Made by a program: the position numbers and the translations under genes
NCBI GenBank assembly: GCA_964559265.1
Contig: CAZLHC010000006.1
Location: 28,403 to 92,402 of the forward strand
Source of the DNA: an uncultured Paludibacter sp.
GTDB taxonomy: Bacteria > Bacteroidota > Bacteroidia > Bacteroidales > Paludibacteraceae
DNA: 64,000 nucleotides
Direction of reading: 5' to 3'
In this document: positions 18,083 through 28,327 of the stretch, piece by piece
How the letters are laid out: each line of letters starts with the position of its first letter
How positions within the stretch are numbered: position 1 is the first letter of the stretch
Notes under the pieces: generated by a model
Told to the model about the DNA's origin: nothing
Databases searched by the model: none
What the model saw: only the letters and a program-made list of their open reading frames with translations

Positions 18083-18556
18083 TTACCGGCTTTTTCCTAT
18101 CATTTCGCTGAACATTAAATAATCAGGAAGTGAATTAGTTATTCGATAGTTTTTTTCTATGGGGTCAACTTCTGCAAAAAAATGATCGATACCATTGCTT
18201 ACAAAAAAATATTTTAACTGTAAGCTTGAATTATAAACTGCTGCCTGGTCGAAAGTATGCTGACTGATGGGAACATGAGGTGCCTTAAATTCGAAAATGG
18301 CAACAGGATTCATCGTCGTGTCGTATAAAACGGCATCACAACGCTTCGACTGACCATTTACAATAATTTGTTGCTCAACGGCAATTAATGCTGATGGATA
18401 GTTCTTTACATTTATAAGGTAATGAAGGTAATGTTGACGTACCCATTCCTCGGGTGTCAGAGTTACAAATTTTCGTCGCAACGAATCAAAAATCATCCAC
18501 CTGTTCCCTGTTTTTTTAACATTGTATGGATAGGTAGGAAGAGCTAATTGCCACAT
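18083..18556 (-). CDS. Stand-alone type I restriction enzyme HsdR N-terminal-like domain protein
   Basis: LTPEEWVRQH, KRCDAVLY, FEFKAP, QAAVYN (PD-(D/E)xK with QxxxY); no hsdM/hsdS nearby. Confidence 0.85.
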   Translation of the reverse strand: MWQLALPTYPYNVKKTGNRWMIFDSLRRKFVTLTPEEWVRQHYLHYLINVKNYPSALIAVEQQIIVNGQSKRCDAVLYDTTMNPVAIFEFKAPHVPISQHTFDQAAVYNSSLQLKYFFVSNGIDHFFAEVDPIEKNYRITNSLPDYLMFSEMIGKSR

Positions 18557-18654
18557 ATTTTTAGTATATTTGCCAGAATTTTATCGAACTGATCAGTGTC
18601 GTTTAACCTGTTTTGAGCGACGAAAGTATAAAAAACTATTTAAATTGTACTACA

Positions 18655-19431
18655 ATGATGAGAACAAAACGTGAAATTGTTGAAAACTGGTTGCCCAGGT
18701 ATACAAAAAGGCCTCTGGGAGATTTTTCAAAATACATTTTGCTCACGAATTTCAATAATTATGTCGAAAAGTTTGCAGAATGGTTCAATGTTCCGGTTCT
18801 GGGCAGGGATGCTAATATGATCAATGCATCGGCCAATGGCATAACAATTATCAATTTTGGAATGGGTAGCCCTAATGCTGCTCTTATAATGGATATTCTA
18901 TCGGCCGTTCAGCCAAAGGCAGTTCTTTTTCTGGGTAAATGCGGAGGTTTGAAAGATAAAAATAAAATCGGCGATTATATTTTACCAAGTGCTGCTATTC
19001 GGGGCGAAGGAACTTCCAACGATTATTTCCCTCCCGAAATACCTGCAATGCCAGCATTTAACCTGCAACGTGCAGTTTCGTCGAATATCCGCGATTTCGA
19101 TAAAGATTATTGGACTGGTACAGTATATACTACCAATCGCCGGGTGTGGGAATGGGACGATGATTTTAAGAAATACCTGAAATTAACCAGGGCTATGGCT
19201 ATCGACATGGAAACAGCTACCTTGTTTTCGGTTGGTTTTCATAATGGTATTCCAACCGGTGCTTTGTTGTTGATTTCGGACATGCCCATGCGTGAAGATG
19301 GAATAAAAACTATCGACAGCGATAGAAAAGTAACACACAGTTATGTGGATGAACACATACAAATCGGAGTTAAGGCATTAAGCTCACTCATCAACAACAG
19401 TAAAACCATCAAGCACCTGCGCTTCGAATAG
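18655..19431 (+). CDS. amn: AMP nucleosidase (Bacteroidota short type)
   Basis: IVENWLPRYT, NFGMGSPNAA, FLGKCGG, DMETAT; start at 18655 or 18658. Confidence 0.9.
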   Translation: MMRTKREIVENWLPRYTKRPLGDFSKYILLTNFNNYVEKFAEWFNVPVLGRDANMINASANGITIINFGMGSPNAALIMDILSAVQPKAVLFLGKCGGLKDKNKIGDYILPSAAIRGEGTSNDYFPPEIPAMPAFNLQRAVSSNIRDFDKDYWTGTVYTTNRRVWEWDDDFKKYLKLTRAMAIDMETATLFSVGFHNGIPTGALLLISDMPMREDGIKTIDSDRKVTHSYVDEHIQIGVKALSSLINNSKTIKHLRFE

Positions 19432-19433
19432 TA

Positions 19434-20450
19434 ATGGCAAAAAACGATCTGTCGCACGAACAAATTCTCCGCGATATTCAGCATCGCAACATTGCACCCA
19501 TCTATTTTTTAATGGGTGAAGAGCCTTATTATATTGATCAGATTTCTGATGTAATTCAGTATCAGCTGCTTGATGAGAGCCAGCGTGAATTTGATTTAAC
19601 GGTGCTGTATGGAAAAGATTCCGATATTTCTACGGTTATCAATGCTGCTAAGCGTTTCCCGATGATTTCACCTTTTCAGGTTGTAATACTCAAAGAAGCC
19701 CAAAACATCAAAGATATCGATAAACTTCAATTCTATCTTAATAATGTATCGGCCCAAACTGTTTTGGTAATTTGTTATAAATACGGTACGGTAGATGGAC
19801 GCAAAAAGTGGGTATCCGATTTGCGTCAAAAGGCTGTCGTGTTTGAGTCGCCTAAATTACGCGATTATGAAATGCCGGCCTGGATCGGAAAGTACGCGAA
19901 AAGTAAAAACCTTCAATTAGACGAGAAATCTATACTAATGCTTACCGATTTCCTCGGTACCGACCTCAGTAAAGTAGCCAATGAAATTGATAAGTTGCGT
20001 ATTACGATGCCGGTAGGATCGAACAGGATAAGCCCTGAAATGATTGAACGTAATATTGGTATCAGTAAAGATTATAACGTATTTGAACTCCAGGATGCAC
20101 TTATTAATCGGGATGTTGTAAAAGCGAACCGGATCGTTCAGTATTTTGCCGACAATAAAAAGGCAAATCCAATGCAGATGGTTCTTCCAAATCTATTTAG
20201 CTTTTTCAGTAACTTAATGCTATTTCATTACTTACCTCAGAAAACAGCCGAAGCTGCTGCTTCCGAATTTAAAATTCATCCGTTTATTGCCAAAAACTAT
20301 GTGAAAGCCGCTCAGACGTTCAATGCCTGGAAAACTATTTATATTATTGGTTATTTACGGGAGGCTGATGCCCGAAGTAAAGGCTTTCAGTCGGCAGGTA
20401 TCGACGACAAAGATTTATACAAAGAACTTATATTTAAAATTTTACATTAA
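19434..20450 (+). CDS. holA: DNA polymerase III delta subunit
   Basis: PIYFLMGEEPYYID, AKRFPM, VVILKEAQ, ISKDYNVFEL. Confidence 0.92.
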   Translation: MAKNDLSHEQILRDIQHRNIAPIYFLMGEEPYYIDQISDVIQYQLLDESQREFDLTVLYGKDSDISTVINAAKRFPMISPFQVVILKEAQNIKDIDKLQFYLNNVSAQTVLVICYKYGTVDGRKKWVSDLRQKAVVFESPKLRDYEMPAWIGKYAKSKNLQLDEKSILMLTDFLGTDLSKVANEIDKLRITMPVGSNRISPEMIERNIGISKDYNVFELQDALINRDVVKANRIVQYFADNKKANPMQMVLPNLFSFFSNLMLFHYLPQKTAEAAASEFKIHPFIAKNYVKAAQTFNAWKTIYIIGYLREADARSKGFQSAGIDDKDLYKELIFKILH

Positions 20451-20458
20451 TTTTTTTC

Positions 20459-22597
20459 ATGTCGAAGGATAATTTTCCCGCTATTTTTATTTCGCTCATT
20501 GCTCAATTGTTGCAACTTAGCGAAAAAAACGTACATCACACGCTGCAATTGCTCGTCGAAGGTTCCACCATACCCTTTATAAGCCGTTACCGGAAAGAAA
20601 TGACAGGCGGACTTGATGAAGTGCAGATTGCAGCAATAGACGATCAGTTTGAAAAATTGAAAGAGATCGCCAAACGAAAAGAAACCATCCTTAAAACCAT
20701 TGAGGAGCAGGAAAAATTAACTCCCGAATTGAAAAAAAGGATTGATACCTGCTGGAATCTGACCGAATTGGAAGATTTGTATCTACCGTATAAACCTAAA
20801 AGAAGAACCAGAGCCGAGATTGCCAGAGAAAATGGTTTAGAACCACTGGCAAAAATGATAATGAAACAAAATGTAAGTCAGCTTGAGCACCTGGCTTCTC
20901 CCTACCTTACCGACAAGGTTAAAACCACCCAGGAGGCCCTGGCTGGTGCATCGGATATAATTGCCGAGTGGGTAAACGAAAATGAAACGGCTCGGAATGC
21001 AGTGCGCCGAATTTTTAGTTATGAAGCTGTAATCAGCTCTAAAGTGGTGAAAGGTAAAGAAGAAGAAGGACAAAAATACCGTGACTACTTCGATATGACT
21101 GAAAAATTAAGTAAATGTAGTTCCCATCGCTTACTGGCTATGCGCCGGGGAGAGGCAGAAGGAGTGCTACGTATAGCTATTGCGCCCGACGAGGAAAAAT
21201 GCCTCGAAAAGCTGGATCGGTTGTTTGTAAAATCAGATAATGAGGCAGGCGACTTTGTTTTTGGTGCGGCGAAAGATGCCTACAAGAGATTATTAAAGCC
21301 TGCTATCGAAAATGAATTTGCAGCAGAAAGCAAGCATAAAGCTGACAATGAAGCTATTAAAGTATTTGCAGAGAACCTTCGCCAATTACTTCTTGCTGCA
21401 CCTTTAGGCGAAAAAAGAGTATTAGGTATAGACCCCGGATTCCGTACCGGTTGTAAAATAGTTTGCCTCGATGCGCAGGGAAATTTACTCCATAACGAAA
21501 CTATTTATCCGCATCCTCCTCAGAACGACTTTTCCCAGGCAAGCCGAAAACTGCAAAAGATGGTGGAAGCCTATCAGGTGGAAGCAATTGCCATTGGAAA
21601 TGGAACAGCAGGTAGAGAAACGGAACAATTGGTGCAAAATACTCGTTTCGACCGTAAAGTACAGGTATTTGTAGTTAGCGAAAACGGAGCTTCAATTTAT
21701 TCGGCTTCTAAAATTGCCCGTGATGAATTCCCCGATTACGATGTGACGGTTCGCGGTGCCGTGTCGATTGGTCGCCGCTTAATGGATCCATTGGCCGAAC
21801 TGGTGAAAATTGATGCTAAATCGATTGGAGTAGGGCAGTATCAACACGATGTGGATCAGGGACTTCTGAAAAAATCGTTGGATCAGACGGTCGAAAATGC
21901 TGTTAATAAGGTTGGGGTTAATGTAAACACTGCTTCAAAGCATTTGTTGACATACATTTCGGGACTTGGTCCTCAACTGGCTTCCAATATTGTTGAATAT
22001 CGTGCGATAAACGGTCCCTTTAAAAGCAGAAAAGAACTTATGAAAGTACCCAAAATGGGTGCTAAAACCTTTGAACAATGTGCTGGTTTTCTTCGTATTC
22101 CCGAAAGTGTTCATCCACTCGATAATTCAGCTGTACACCCCGAAAGTTATCCTATTGTCGAGAAAATGGCTAAAAATCTGAATGTTAAGGTTGATCAACT
22201 GATTCGTAATCAGGAATTGATTAAAACTATCGACCCCAAACCTTACGTTACAGAAACAATCGGGCTACCTACGCTGACCGACATTCTTGCTGAACTCGAA
22301 AAGCCGGGGCGTGATCCACGTAGCACAGTGAAAGTGTTTGAATTTGATCCTACCATCAAGAAAATCGACGATTTGAAACCAGGAATGGAATTACCCGGTA
22401 TCATAACCAATATTACTAATTTTGGTGCATTTGTCGATATTGGAATCAAAGAAAACGGGCTTATTCACATCTCACAATTGGCCGATCGGTATGTGTCAAA
22501 CCCTGCCGAAATTGTTTCCTTACATCAGCATGTTCGGGTACAAATATTAGAAGCCGATCTATTGCGAAAGAGAGTTCAGCTAAAGTTAATTAATTAA
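20459..22597 (+). CDS. tex: Tex family RNA-binding transcriptional accessory protein
   Basis: TIPFISRYRKE, GIDPGFRTGCK, SIGVGQYQHDV, C-terminal S1 domain. Confidence 0.96.
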   Translation: MSKDNFPAIFISLIAQLLQLSEKNVHHTLQLLVEGSTIPFISRYRKEMTGGLDEVQIAAIDDQFEKLKEIAKRKETILKTIEEQEKLTPELKKRIDTCWNLTELEDLYLPYKPKRRTRAEIARENGLEPLAKMIMKQNVSQLEHLASPYLTDKVKTTQEALAGASDIIAEWVNENETARNAVRRIFSYEAVISSKVVKGKEEEGQKYRDYFDMTEKLSKCSSHRLLAMRRGEAEGVLRIAIAPDEEKCLEKLDRLFVKSDNEAGDFVFGAAKDAYKRLLKPAIENEFAAESKHKADNEAIKVFAENLRQLLLAAPLGEKRVLGIDPGFRTGCKIVCLDAQGNLLHNETIYPHPPQNDFSQASRKLQKMVEAYQVEAIAIGNGTAGRETEQLVQNTRFDRKVQVFVVSENGASIYSASKIARDEFPDYDVTVRGAVSIGRRLMDPLAELVKIDAKSIGVGQYQHDVDQGLLKKSLDQTVENAVNKVGVNVNTASKHLLTYISGLGPQLASNIVEYRAINGPFKSRKELMKVPKMGAKTFEQCAGFLRIPESVHPLDNSAVHPESYPIVEKMAKNLNVKVDQLIRNQELIKTIDPKPYVTETIGLPTLTDILAELEKPGRDPRSTVKVFEFDPTIKKIDDLKPGMELPGIITNITNFGAFVDIGIKENGLIHISQLADRYVSNPAEIVSLHQHVRVQILEADLLRKRVQLKLIN

Positions 22598-22621
22598 ATT
22601 GCAAAATATTACAGGTGTTAT

Positions 22622-23314
22622 TTAACGTAAAGGTTCAAGTAACTCCTGTAGTATTCTTACTCCTTCTGTGGCCCCTTTTTTTAGATGCTTTACACGATGA
22701 GAGCTTATCGATACATCATTAGGATCAATTAAAAACAACGGAATATTGTTGCTGGCATAGTGGATTAAACTTGCTGCAGGATATACCTGCATGGATGTGC
22801 CAATTATGACCACTATATCAGCCTTTTTAACTATGTTAACAGCAAGTTCTATCATTGGTACCTGTTCGCCAAACCAAACAATATGCGGACGTAACGGATA
22901 ACCCTTTGGACAGAAATCGGAAGGAGTATACTCAAATTTATTGGAATCTACGTCATACACAGTGGCTTCAGGTCCGGTTGAACGCATTTTCATTAATTCG
23001 CCGTGTAAGTGAAGAACATTCAGACTCCCTGCTCGTTCGTGTAGATTATCGACATTTTGCGTAATAATTTGCACATTGAAATTTTGCTCCAGCTGCACTA
23101 AACTATAATGTCCTGGATTTGGAGTTGCATTAACCAGTTGCTTGCGTCGCAGATTGTAAAAATGATGAACCAGAACAGGATTTCGTTCAAACGCTTCCGG
23201 AGTTGCTACATCTTCTATATTGTATTGCTCCCATAATCCTCCACTGTCACGAAATGTTGAAATACCACTCTCGGCCGACATACCGGCACCTGTAAGTACT
23301 ACCAGATTTTTCAT
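22622..23314 (-). CDS. cobB: NAD-dependent protein deacylase (class III sirtuin)
   Basis: LTGAGMSAESG, FYNLRR (Y..R acyl-specificity motif), TQNVDNLHE, HLHGE, IGTS. Confidence 0.93.
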   Translation of the reverse strand: MKNLVVLTGAGMSAESGISTFRDSGGLWEQYNIEDVATPEAFERNPVLVHHFYNLRRKQLVNATPNPGHYSLVQLEQNFNVQIITQNVDNLHERAGSLNVLHLHGELMKMRSTGPEATVYDVDSNKFEYTPSDFCPKGYPLRPHIVWFGEQVPMIELAVNIVKKADIVVIIGTSMQVYPAASLIHYASNNIPLFLIDPNDVSISSHRVKHLKKGATEGVRILQELLEPLR

Positions 23315-23402
23315 ACGGTAATTATAGTTTTTTCAACGGTCGTATGGAACTCGCATGCCAACATTACCATAACCTTGGATGTTAAGTATTTACATGCTTG
23401 TT

Positions 23403-24578
23403 TCATACTTTCCGACTTATTGTTATAATGTTTTGATTCTCAATATTTTTAAACGCAAAAATACTCCACTCTCCTCCATCTTTCAACTTAGTCTTTTTCC
23501 GCAACTCGTCACTACTTAATGGAAAATTCCGTACACTAATATTGGCCGATTTGTAAGTAATGTTAAGGTACGAGAATGTTTCTTTTGAACTTACTCTATA
23601 TTCAGTAAGCTTAAATACACGCCCCGGAAATTCGTTAAAGTAGTGCGACGAAGTATATAAATGGGTGTTCGGATGAAATTTCAATAAATCGAATTGTTTA
23701 GCAATTCGATTATAAGCACCTGATTTTAATACAGATACATTCGGCTCGTAAATATATTCCAGAGGATAGCTGGCATAACTAACCGGAACTGTATCATCGA
23801 GTCCTTTCAGATCAAATTGCTGAACAGGTTTATTTTTGTGATAATTAAAACACCGAATTTTAACGTTTTCCCGGCTTGTGGATTTATCCAGTAAAAAAAG
23901 TAACTCTTTACACTCATTTTCAACAGCAATTATATCAATTTGTTGAGTATAGGGCAAATCGATTAATGCACGTTGCAGGTCGAGCATGGGCGATAATTTA
24001 ATGAGAATTTTCTTGCTTTTTTCAAACATCTCAGGAAGAAGTTGCCTCAAATCGGGTTCGCAGTCGCTGATTAAAACCGTTTTACGTCCTGAAGTGTCGC
24101 GCCGGTGTGGATCCAGGTAAATACAATCTACATTCTTCATCAACCTGAGATAATTTTCAGCAGAGCTATTACTTATTGTAAAGCCTTTTAAACCAAGTAG
24201 TTTGAAATTAAATTCTGCAATTTCACATAATTCAGCTTGTCGTTCAACATAGAAACTTTCAACCCTTTCTTTCGCCATATAATAAAAATCAATTCCAAAT
24301 CCACCAGTCAGATCAACCAATGTTTGACCAGTAACTAACCCCGCTTTATGCCTGGCTGTTTGTTCCGACGAACATTGTTCTAACGAAAGCTGTTGAGGAT
24401 ACTGTATTTCAGTATGGGAATAAAACTCCGGCAATTTATACCGAATGCGTTGACGCGCTGCTATTTGCCTCACTGCCCATTGCATATCAACTTCCGGATA
24501 CCGATGGGCCGTAAGCATTAATTGAAGCGGATCGTCGTTGGTATGTTCTGTTATAAACCTTGTTGTAGCACTATTCAT
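23403..24578 (-). CDS. Class I SAM-dependent methyltransferase with THUMP-like C-terminus
   Basis: SLEQCSSE, VDLTGGFGID, YLDPHRR, KLSPMLD, YEPNVSVLKSG; start uncertain (24578 or 24599). Confidence 0.8.
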   Translation of the reverse strand: MNSATTRFITEHTNDDPLQLMLTAHRYPEVDMQWAVRQIAARQRIRYKLPEFYSHTEIQYPQQLSLEQCSSEQTARHKAGLVTGQTLVDLTGGFGIDFYYMAKERVESFYVERQAELCEIAEFNFKLLGLKGFTISNSSAENYLRLMKNVDCIYLDPHRRDTSGRKTVLISDCEPDLRQLLPEMFEKSKKILIKLSPMLDLQRALIDLPYTQQIDIIAVENECKELLFLLDKSTSRENVKIRCFNYHKNKPVQQFDLKGLDDTVPVSYASYPLEYIYEPNVSVLKSGAYNRIAKQFDLLKFHPNTHLYTSSHYFNEFPGRVFKLTEYRVSSKETFSYLNITYKSANISVRNFPLSSDELRKKTKLKDGGEWSIFAFKNIENQNIITISRKV

Positions 24579-24714
24579 ACGTTCTGTAAATGTCGACAAA
24601 GATAAAATTTAAAAATGTTTCTATCAAAAAAAATAAATTCAATACATGATTTGTCGTAATTAAATATTATTTTTACACTTTATTTTTCAACGGTTTCACA
24701 AATATTTTAGTTAT

Positions 24715-25899
24715 ATGAAAATCAAGATATTACTGATTTTATGTTGGGGCATATTGTCGACTATTCCAGTAAAAGCGCAGTTAGATGCTCACTTACTTAA
24801 CTATGTCGATTCGACCGAAATCGTACTTAATAACGGACGGCGTCTGGTTTATCAATCTCTTGCTGAAGGAGATATGAATAAGGCAAAGGAGGTTTACGAT
24901 TACCTGAAACTGCAAGCCGACCTGCGCCATTGCTTTGCGTTTAATTTAAACGAAGACTTGTATATCAATTTGTTACTCGCCGATTGGAACAACTGGTTTG
25001 AAATTGCCCGTAGTTATAACGAACATATTTCAAAATCGGCCTGTTATAATTTTTCAGAAAATTATATTGAACGTTTGTACAAGCTTACTCAACGAAACAA
25101 ACAACGAATTCAGGATGACTTAAACCAGCAAACTTTACTGGTAGACGAGGCTGAATTAAGTAAATTGTTTCTTGAAATTTTAGATTCTGACGAGTTGAGC
25201 TCAACTTATATTGCAAGTTATAAAAAATTTAAAAAGAACTATCCAACTTCCGACTATATCGATTTTTTCGAAGGTTACCTGCCAAAACCTCCTGTAAAAG
25301 GAGCATTTTCAATGAGTGTTGGCCCAACATTCATTCAGCCAACGGGTAAGCTGAGTGATGTTTTTCAACCCGGAGTTATGTTCAATATGACGATAGACTG
25401 GAATTTCGGAAGGGTTTATAGTGGTTTGCATGTGGATGCCGGAACCATGGATTTGAAAGTTCCAATTGAATTCAGAAACAATATGGGGCAACTGGTTCAG
25501 TCATTTAACACCGGTGAATCGTTTTCAATTATTGGAGGGGGTATTTACGCCGGATATTTTCTGGTTCGTTCCAATCGTTTTCAATTGGCACCCTACCTCA
25601 ATATTGGGGGTTATACCTTCGAAAGTATGTTGTACAATGACTATGATGAATATGAAAATTCAGAATTTCAGATATTCGACTCTTTTGTTTTCGGACCTGG
25701 TATTCATACCGAACTCCGACTTACCGAGTTTACACTCGATCCCTACAATGGAGTGATGCCGGGTATGGAAGCAAAAAGCTATCTTAGTTTGAAATTAGAT
25801 GTTGGATATGATATTGTAACACAAAAAGTGAGTCCCGATTTTAAAGGCAATTTACCTTATTTTAGGTTGGGGCTGGTCTGGGGAATAGGTAATTTTTAA
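24715..25899 (+). CDS. Secreted hypothetical protein, probable C-terminal outer-membrane beta-barrel
   Basis: Signal peptide (..PVKA), alternating hydrophobic strands in the C-terminal half, terminal Phe. Confidence 0.6.
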   Translation: MKIKILLILCWGILSTIPVKAQLDAHLLNYVDSTEIVLNNGRRLVYQSLAEGDMNKAKEVYDYLKLQADLRHCFAFNLNEDLYINLLLADWNNWFEIARSYNEHISKSACYNFSENYIERLYKLTQRNKQRIQDDLNQQTLLVDEAELSKLFLEILDSDELSSTYIASYKKFKKNYPTSDYIDFFEGYLPKPPVKGAFSMSVGPTFIQPTGKLSDVFQPGVMFNMTIDWNFGRVYSGLHVDAGTMDLKVPIEFRNNMGQLVQSFNTGESFSIIGGGIYAGYFLVRSNRFQLAPYLNIGGYTFESMLYNDYDEYENSEFQIFDSFVFGPGIHTELRLTEFTLDPYNGVMPGMEAKSYLSLKLDVGYDIVTQKVSPDFKGNLPYFRLGLVWGIGNF

Positions 25900-25914
25900 A
25901 AAAAAATAGATAAG

Positions 25915-26370
25915 ATGCACAATTGGTTTGAGTGTAAAGTGAAGCTGGAAAAAACAGTGGATGATGGTAAAATTGTAAAAGTAGGTGAGTCGTATCTGGT
26001 GGATGCGCTTTCGTTTACCGAAGCTGAGGAACGTATGGTTGAAGAAATGAAACCTTTTATTAGTGGTGATTTTCAGATTGCTAACATTAGAAGAGTAAAA
26101 ATAAGCGAACTGTTTTTCAACGAAAACGGCGATAAGTGGTACCGCTGTAAAGTCAATTTTGTTACTTTCGACGAAGAAAAAGGCATCGAAAAAAGAAGTC
26201 CGGTACAGATGATGGTTCAATCGGCCGACTTCAGAGGAGCCCTCGACGGTTTGACAGAAGGAATGAAAGGCACAATGGCCGATTGGGAGGTTGCTAATAT
26301 TACCGAAACAACTATAATGGATGTTTTTCGTTTTGATTCCGAATTTAAAAAATCAACTCAGGAGTCATGA
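25915..26370 (+). CDS. DUF4494 family protein
   Basis: MHNWFECKV...YLVDALSFTEAE...KWYRCKV. Confidence 0.88.
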   Translation: MHNWFECKVKLEKTVDDGKIVKVGESYLVDALSFTEAEERMVEEMKPFISGDFQIANIRRVKISELFFNENGDKWYRCKVNFVTFDEEKGIEKRSPVQMMVQSADFRGALDGLTEGMKGTMADWEVANITETTIMDVFRFDSEFKKSTQES

Positions 26371-27035
26371 TTAAACAAAACCTACTATCCGTTCGCACCA
26401 CAATTCCGGACCAGGTAAAACTGGTTTGCGTTTCAAAATTTCATCCTGAAGAATCCATTTTGGAGGCATATCAGGCAGGCGAACGAATTTTCGGTGAAAG
26501 TAAAGTTCAGGAACTTTGTTCCAAAAAGGAAAAGTTGCCAGCCGATATTCAATGGCACTTTATTGGCCATTTACAAACCAATAAAGTGAAGTTTATTGTG
26601 CCTTTTGTTAGTTTGATTCATGGTGTTGATTCCATTCGATTGTTGCAAGAAATAAATAAGCAAGCAAATAAGAATCAGTTAGTTGTAAATTGTCTGCTAC
26701 AGGTACATATTGCAACTGAAGAAACTAAATTTGGTTTTTCAGCCTCTGAAGTACTTGAACTTCTTCAAACCGGTACCTTGCAAGAGTTCAATAATGTGTC
26801 GATACGGGGACTCATGGGGATGGCAACTTTTACCGACAACACACAACAAGTTCGGACGGAGTTCAGTCATCTCCGACAGTTATTTGATTCCATCCAAAAA
26901 ATGAAGTCGCCACTTCTTCCTGAATTTGATACCCTTTCGATGGGAATGTCGGATGATTATCCGATAGCCATTGAAGAAGGTAGTACTATGGTACGTATCG
27001 GAAGCAGAATATTTGGTCAACGAATTTATTCATAA
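26367..27035 (+). CDS. yggS: PLP homeostasis protein (YggS/PLPBP)
   Basis: VCVSKFHP, FGESKVQE, WHFIGHLQTNK, SMGMSDDY, MVRIGS. Confidence 0.95.
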   Translation: MIKQNLLSVRTTIPDQVKLVCVSKFHPEESILEAYQAGERIFGESKVQELCSKKEKLPADIQWHFIGHLQTNKVKFIVPFVSLIHGVDSIRLLQEINKQANKNQLVVNCLLQVHIATEETKFGFSASEVLELLQTGTLQEFNNVSIRGLMGMATFTDNTQQVRTEFSHLRQLFDSIQKMKSPLLPEFDTLSMGMSDDYPIAIEEGSTMVRIGSRIFGQRIYS

Positions 27036-27049
27036 CCAGTTGTAAGAAA

Positions 27050-28327
27050 ATGAATTATAAGCAATCGCTCGACTATTTATATAACCGTTTACCTGTATTT
27101 CATTTAACGGGTGGTGCGGCTTATAAACCAGGGTTAGCCAACACCACACTCTTACTCGAAGCGCTTGGAAATCCGCATCATAAGTTCAAATCCATTCATG
27201 TGGCCGGAACCAACGGCAAAGGTTCAGTGTCGCATATGTTAGCTGCCATCTTATATCAGGCGGGCTATAAAACGGCTTTATATACATCACCCCATTTGGT
27301 CGATTTTAGTGAACGAATTCGTATTGATGGTGCACCGGTTGATCCGGATTTTGTTATTCAGTTTGTTGAGAATCATCGCAACTTAGTGGAAGAAATTCAG
27401 CCTTCGTTCTTTGAGCTCACCATGGCAATGGCTTTCGATTATTTCGCTAAAAGCCAGATTGATATCGCTGTTATTGAAACAGGGTTAGGAGGAAGGCTTG
27501 ATAGTACCAACATTCTATCTCCTGTTTTAAGCATAATTACCAATATTGGTTACGATCATACTGAATTTCTGGGCGACACACTCGAAAAAATTGCATCTGA
27601 AAAGGCAGGGATTATAAAGAAGGGAGTTCCGGTAGTAATAGGGGAGTATCTAACTGAAACTAAATCAATATTTCAGAATAAAGCGAATGAAACAAACAGT
27701 AAATTAATATTTGCCCAGGAAACAAATCCGGTTCAGCAAGTTGAATCAGCTTCTAACCGACTGTTGTTTCAATCTCATTCCACACTGTACGAATCAGGTT
27801 TAACAGGACACTATCAACTTAAAAACTGTTCCACGGTGTTGGCTGCTATAGATGAATTAAATCGGTTGGACTTTTTTATTTCAGCGCAGGCTGTCCAAAA
27901 CGGAATTAGTAAAGTGACACAACTTACAGGATTGAGGGGGCGCTGGGAAATAATTTCAAATTCACCTTTTATGGTGGCCGACACCGCCCATAATGTTCAG
28001 GGAATGACTGCTGTGGCAGAACAACTGAAGCTCTATCAGGGCGGATTGATACATATAGTACTAGGGATGGTAAATGATAAAGACAGTAACGGGGTTCTCC
28101 GATTATTACCCACGAATGCCAGCTATTACTTTACAAATGCACAGGTGAAACGTGCTTTACCTGCTGCCGAATTACATCGGCAAGCTCAACAATATGGTCT
28201 GACCGGCAATAGTTACGAAACTATCGAATCAGCTATTCTTGCAGCTAAACAACAGGCCAAAACCTCAGATTTAATTCTGATTACAGGTAGCAACTTTGTT
28301 GTTGGCGAAGCACTTACGATTATTTAA
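27050..28327 (+). CDS. folC: Folylpolyglutamate synthase/dihydrofolate synthase
   Basis: HVAGTNGKGS, YTSPHL, IETGLGGRLDSTN, DTAHN. Confidence 0.96.
   Translation: MNYKQSLDYLYNRLPVFHLTGGAAYKPGLANTTLLLEALGNPHHKFKSIHVAGTNGKGSVSHMLAAILYQAGYKTALYTSPHLVDFSERIRIDGAPVDPDFVIQFVENHRNLVEEIQPSFFELTMAMAFDYFAKSQIDIAVIETGLGGRLDSTNILSPVLSIITNIGYDHTEFLGDTLEKIASEKAGIIKKGVPVVIGEYLTETKSIFQNKANETNSKLIFAQETNPVQQVESASNRLLFQSHSTLYESGLTGHYQLKNCSTVLAAIDELNRLDFFISAQAVQNGISKVTQLTGLRGRWEIISNSPFMVADTAHNVQGMTAVAEQLKLYQGGLIHIVLGMVNDKDSNGVLRLLPTNASYYFTNAQVKRALPAAELHRQAQQYGLTGNSYETIESAILAAKQQAKTSDLILITGSNFVVGEALTII

Noticed and set aside
18083-23314. Anti-phage defence system (HsdR_N, nucleosidase and sirtuin)
   Set aside because: The nucleosidase is the housekeeping amn next to holA, the sirtuin is a standard CobB deacylase, and the genes are not co-oriented as a cassette
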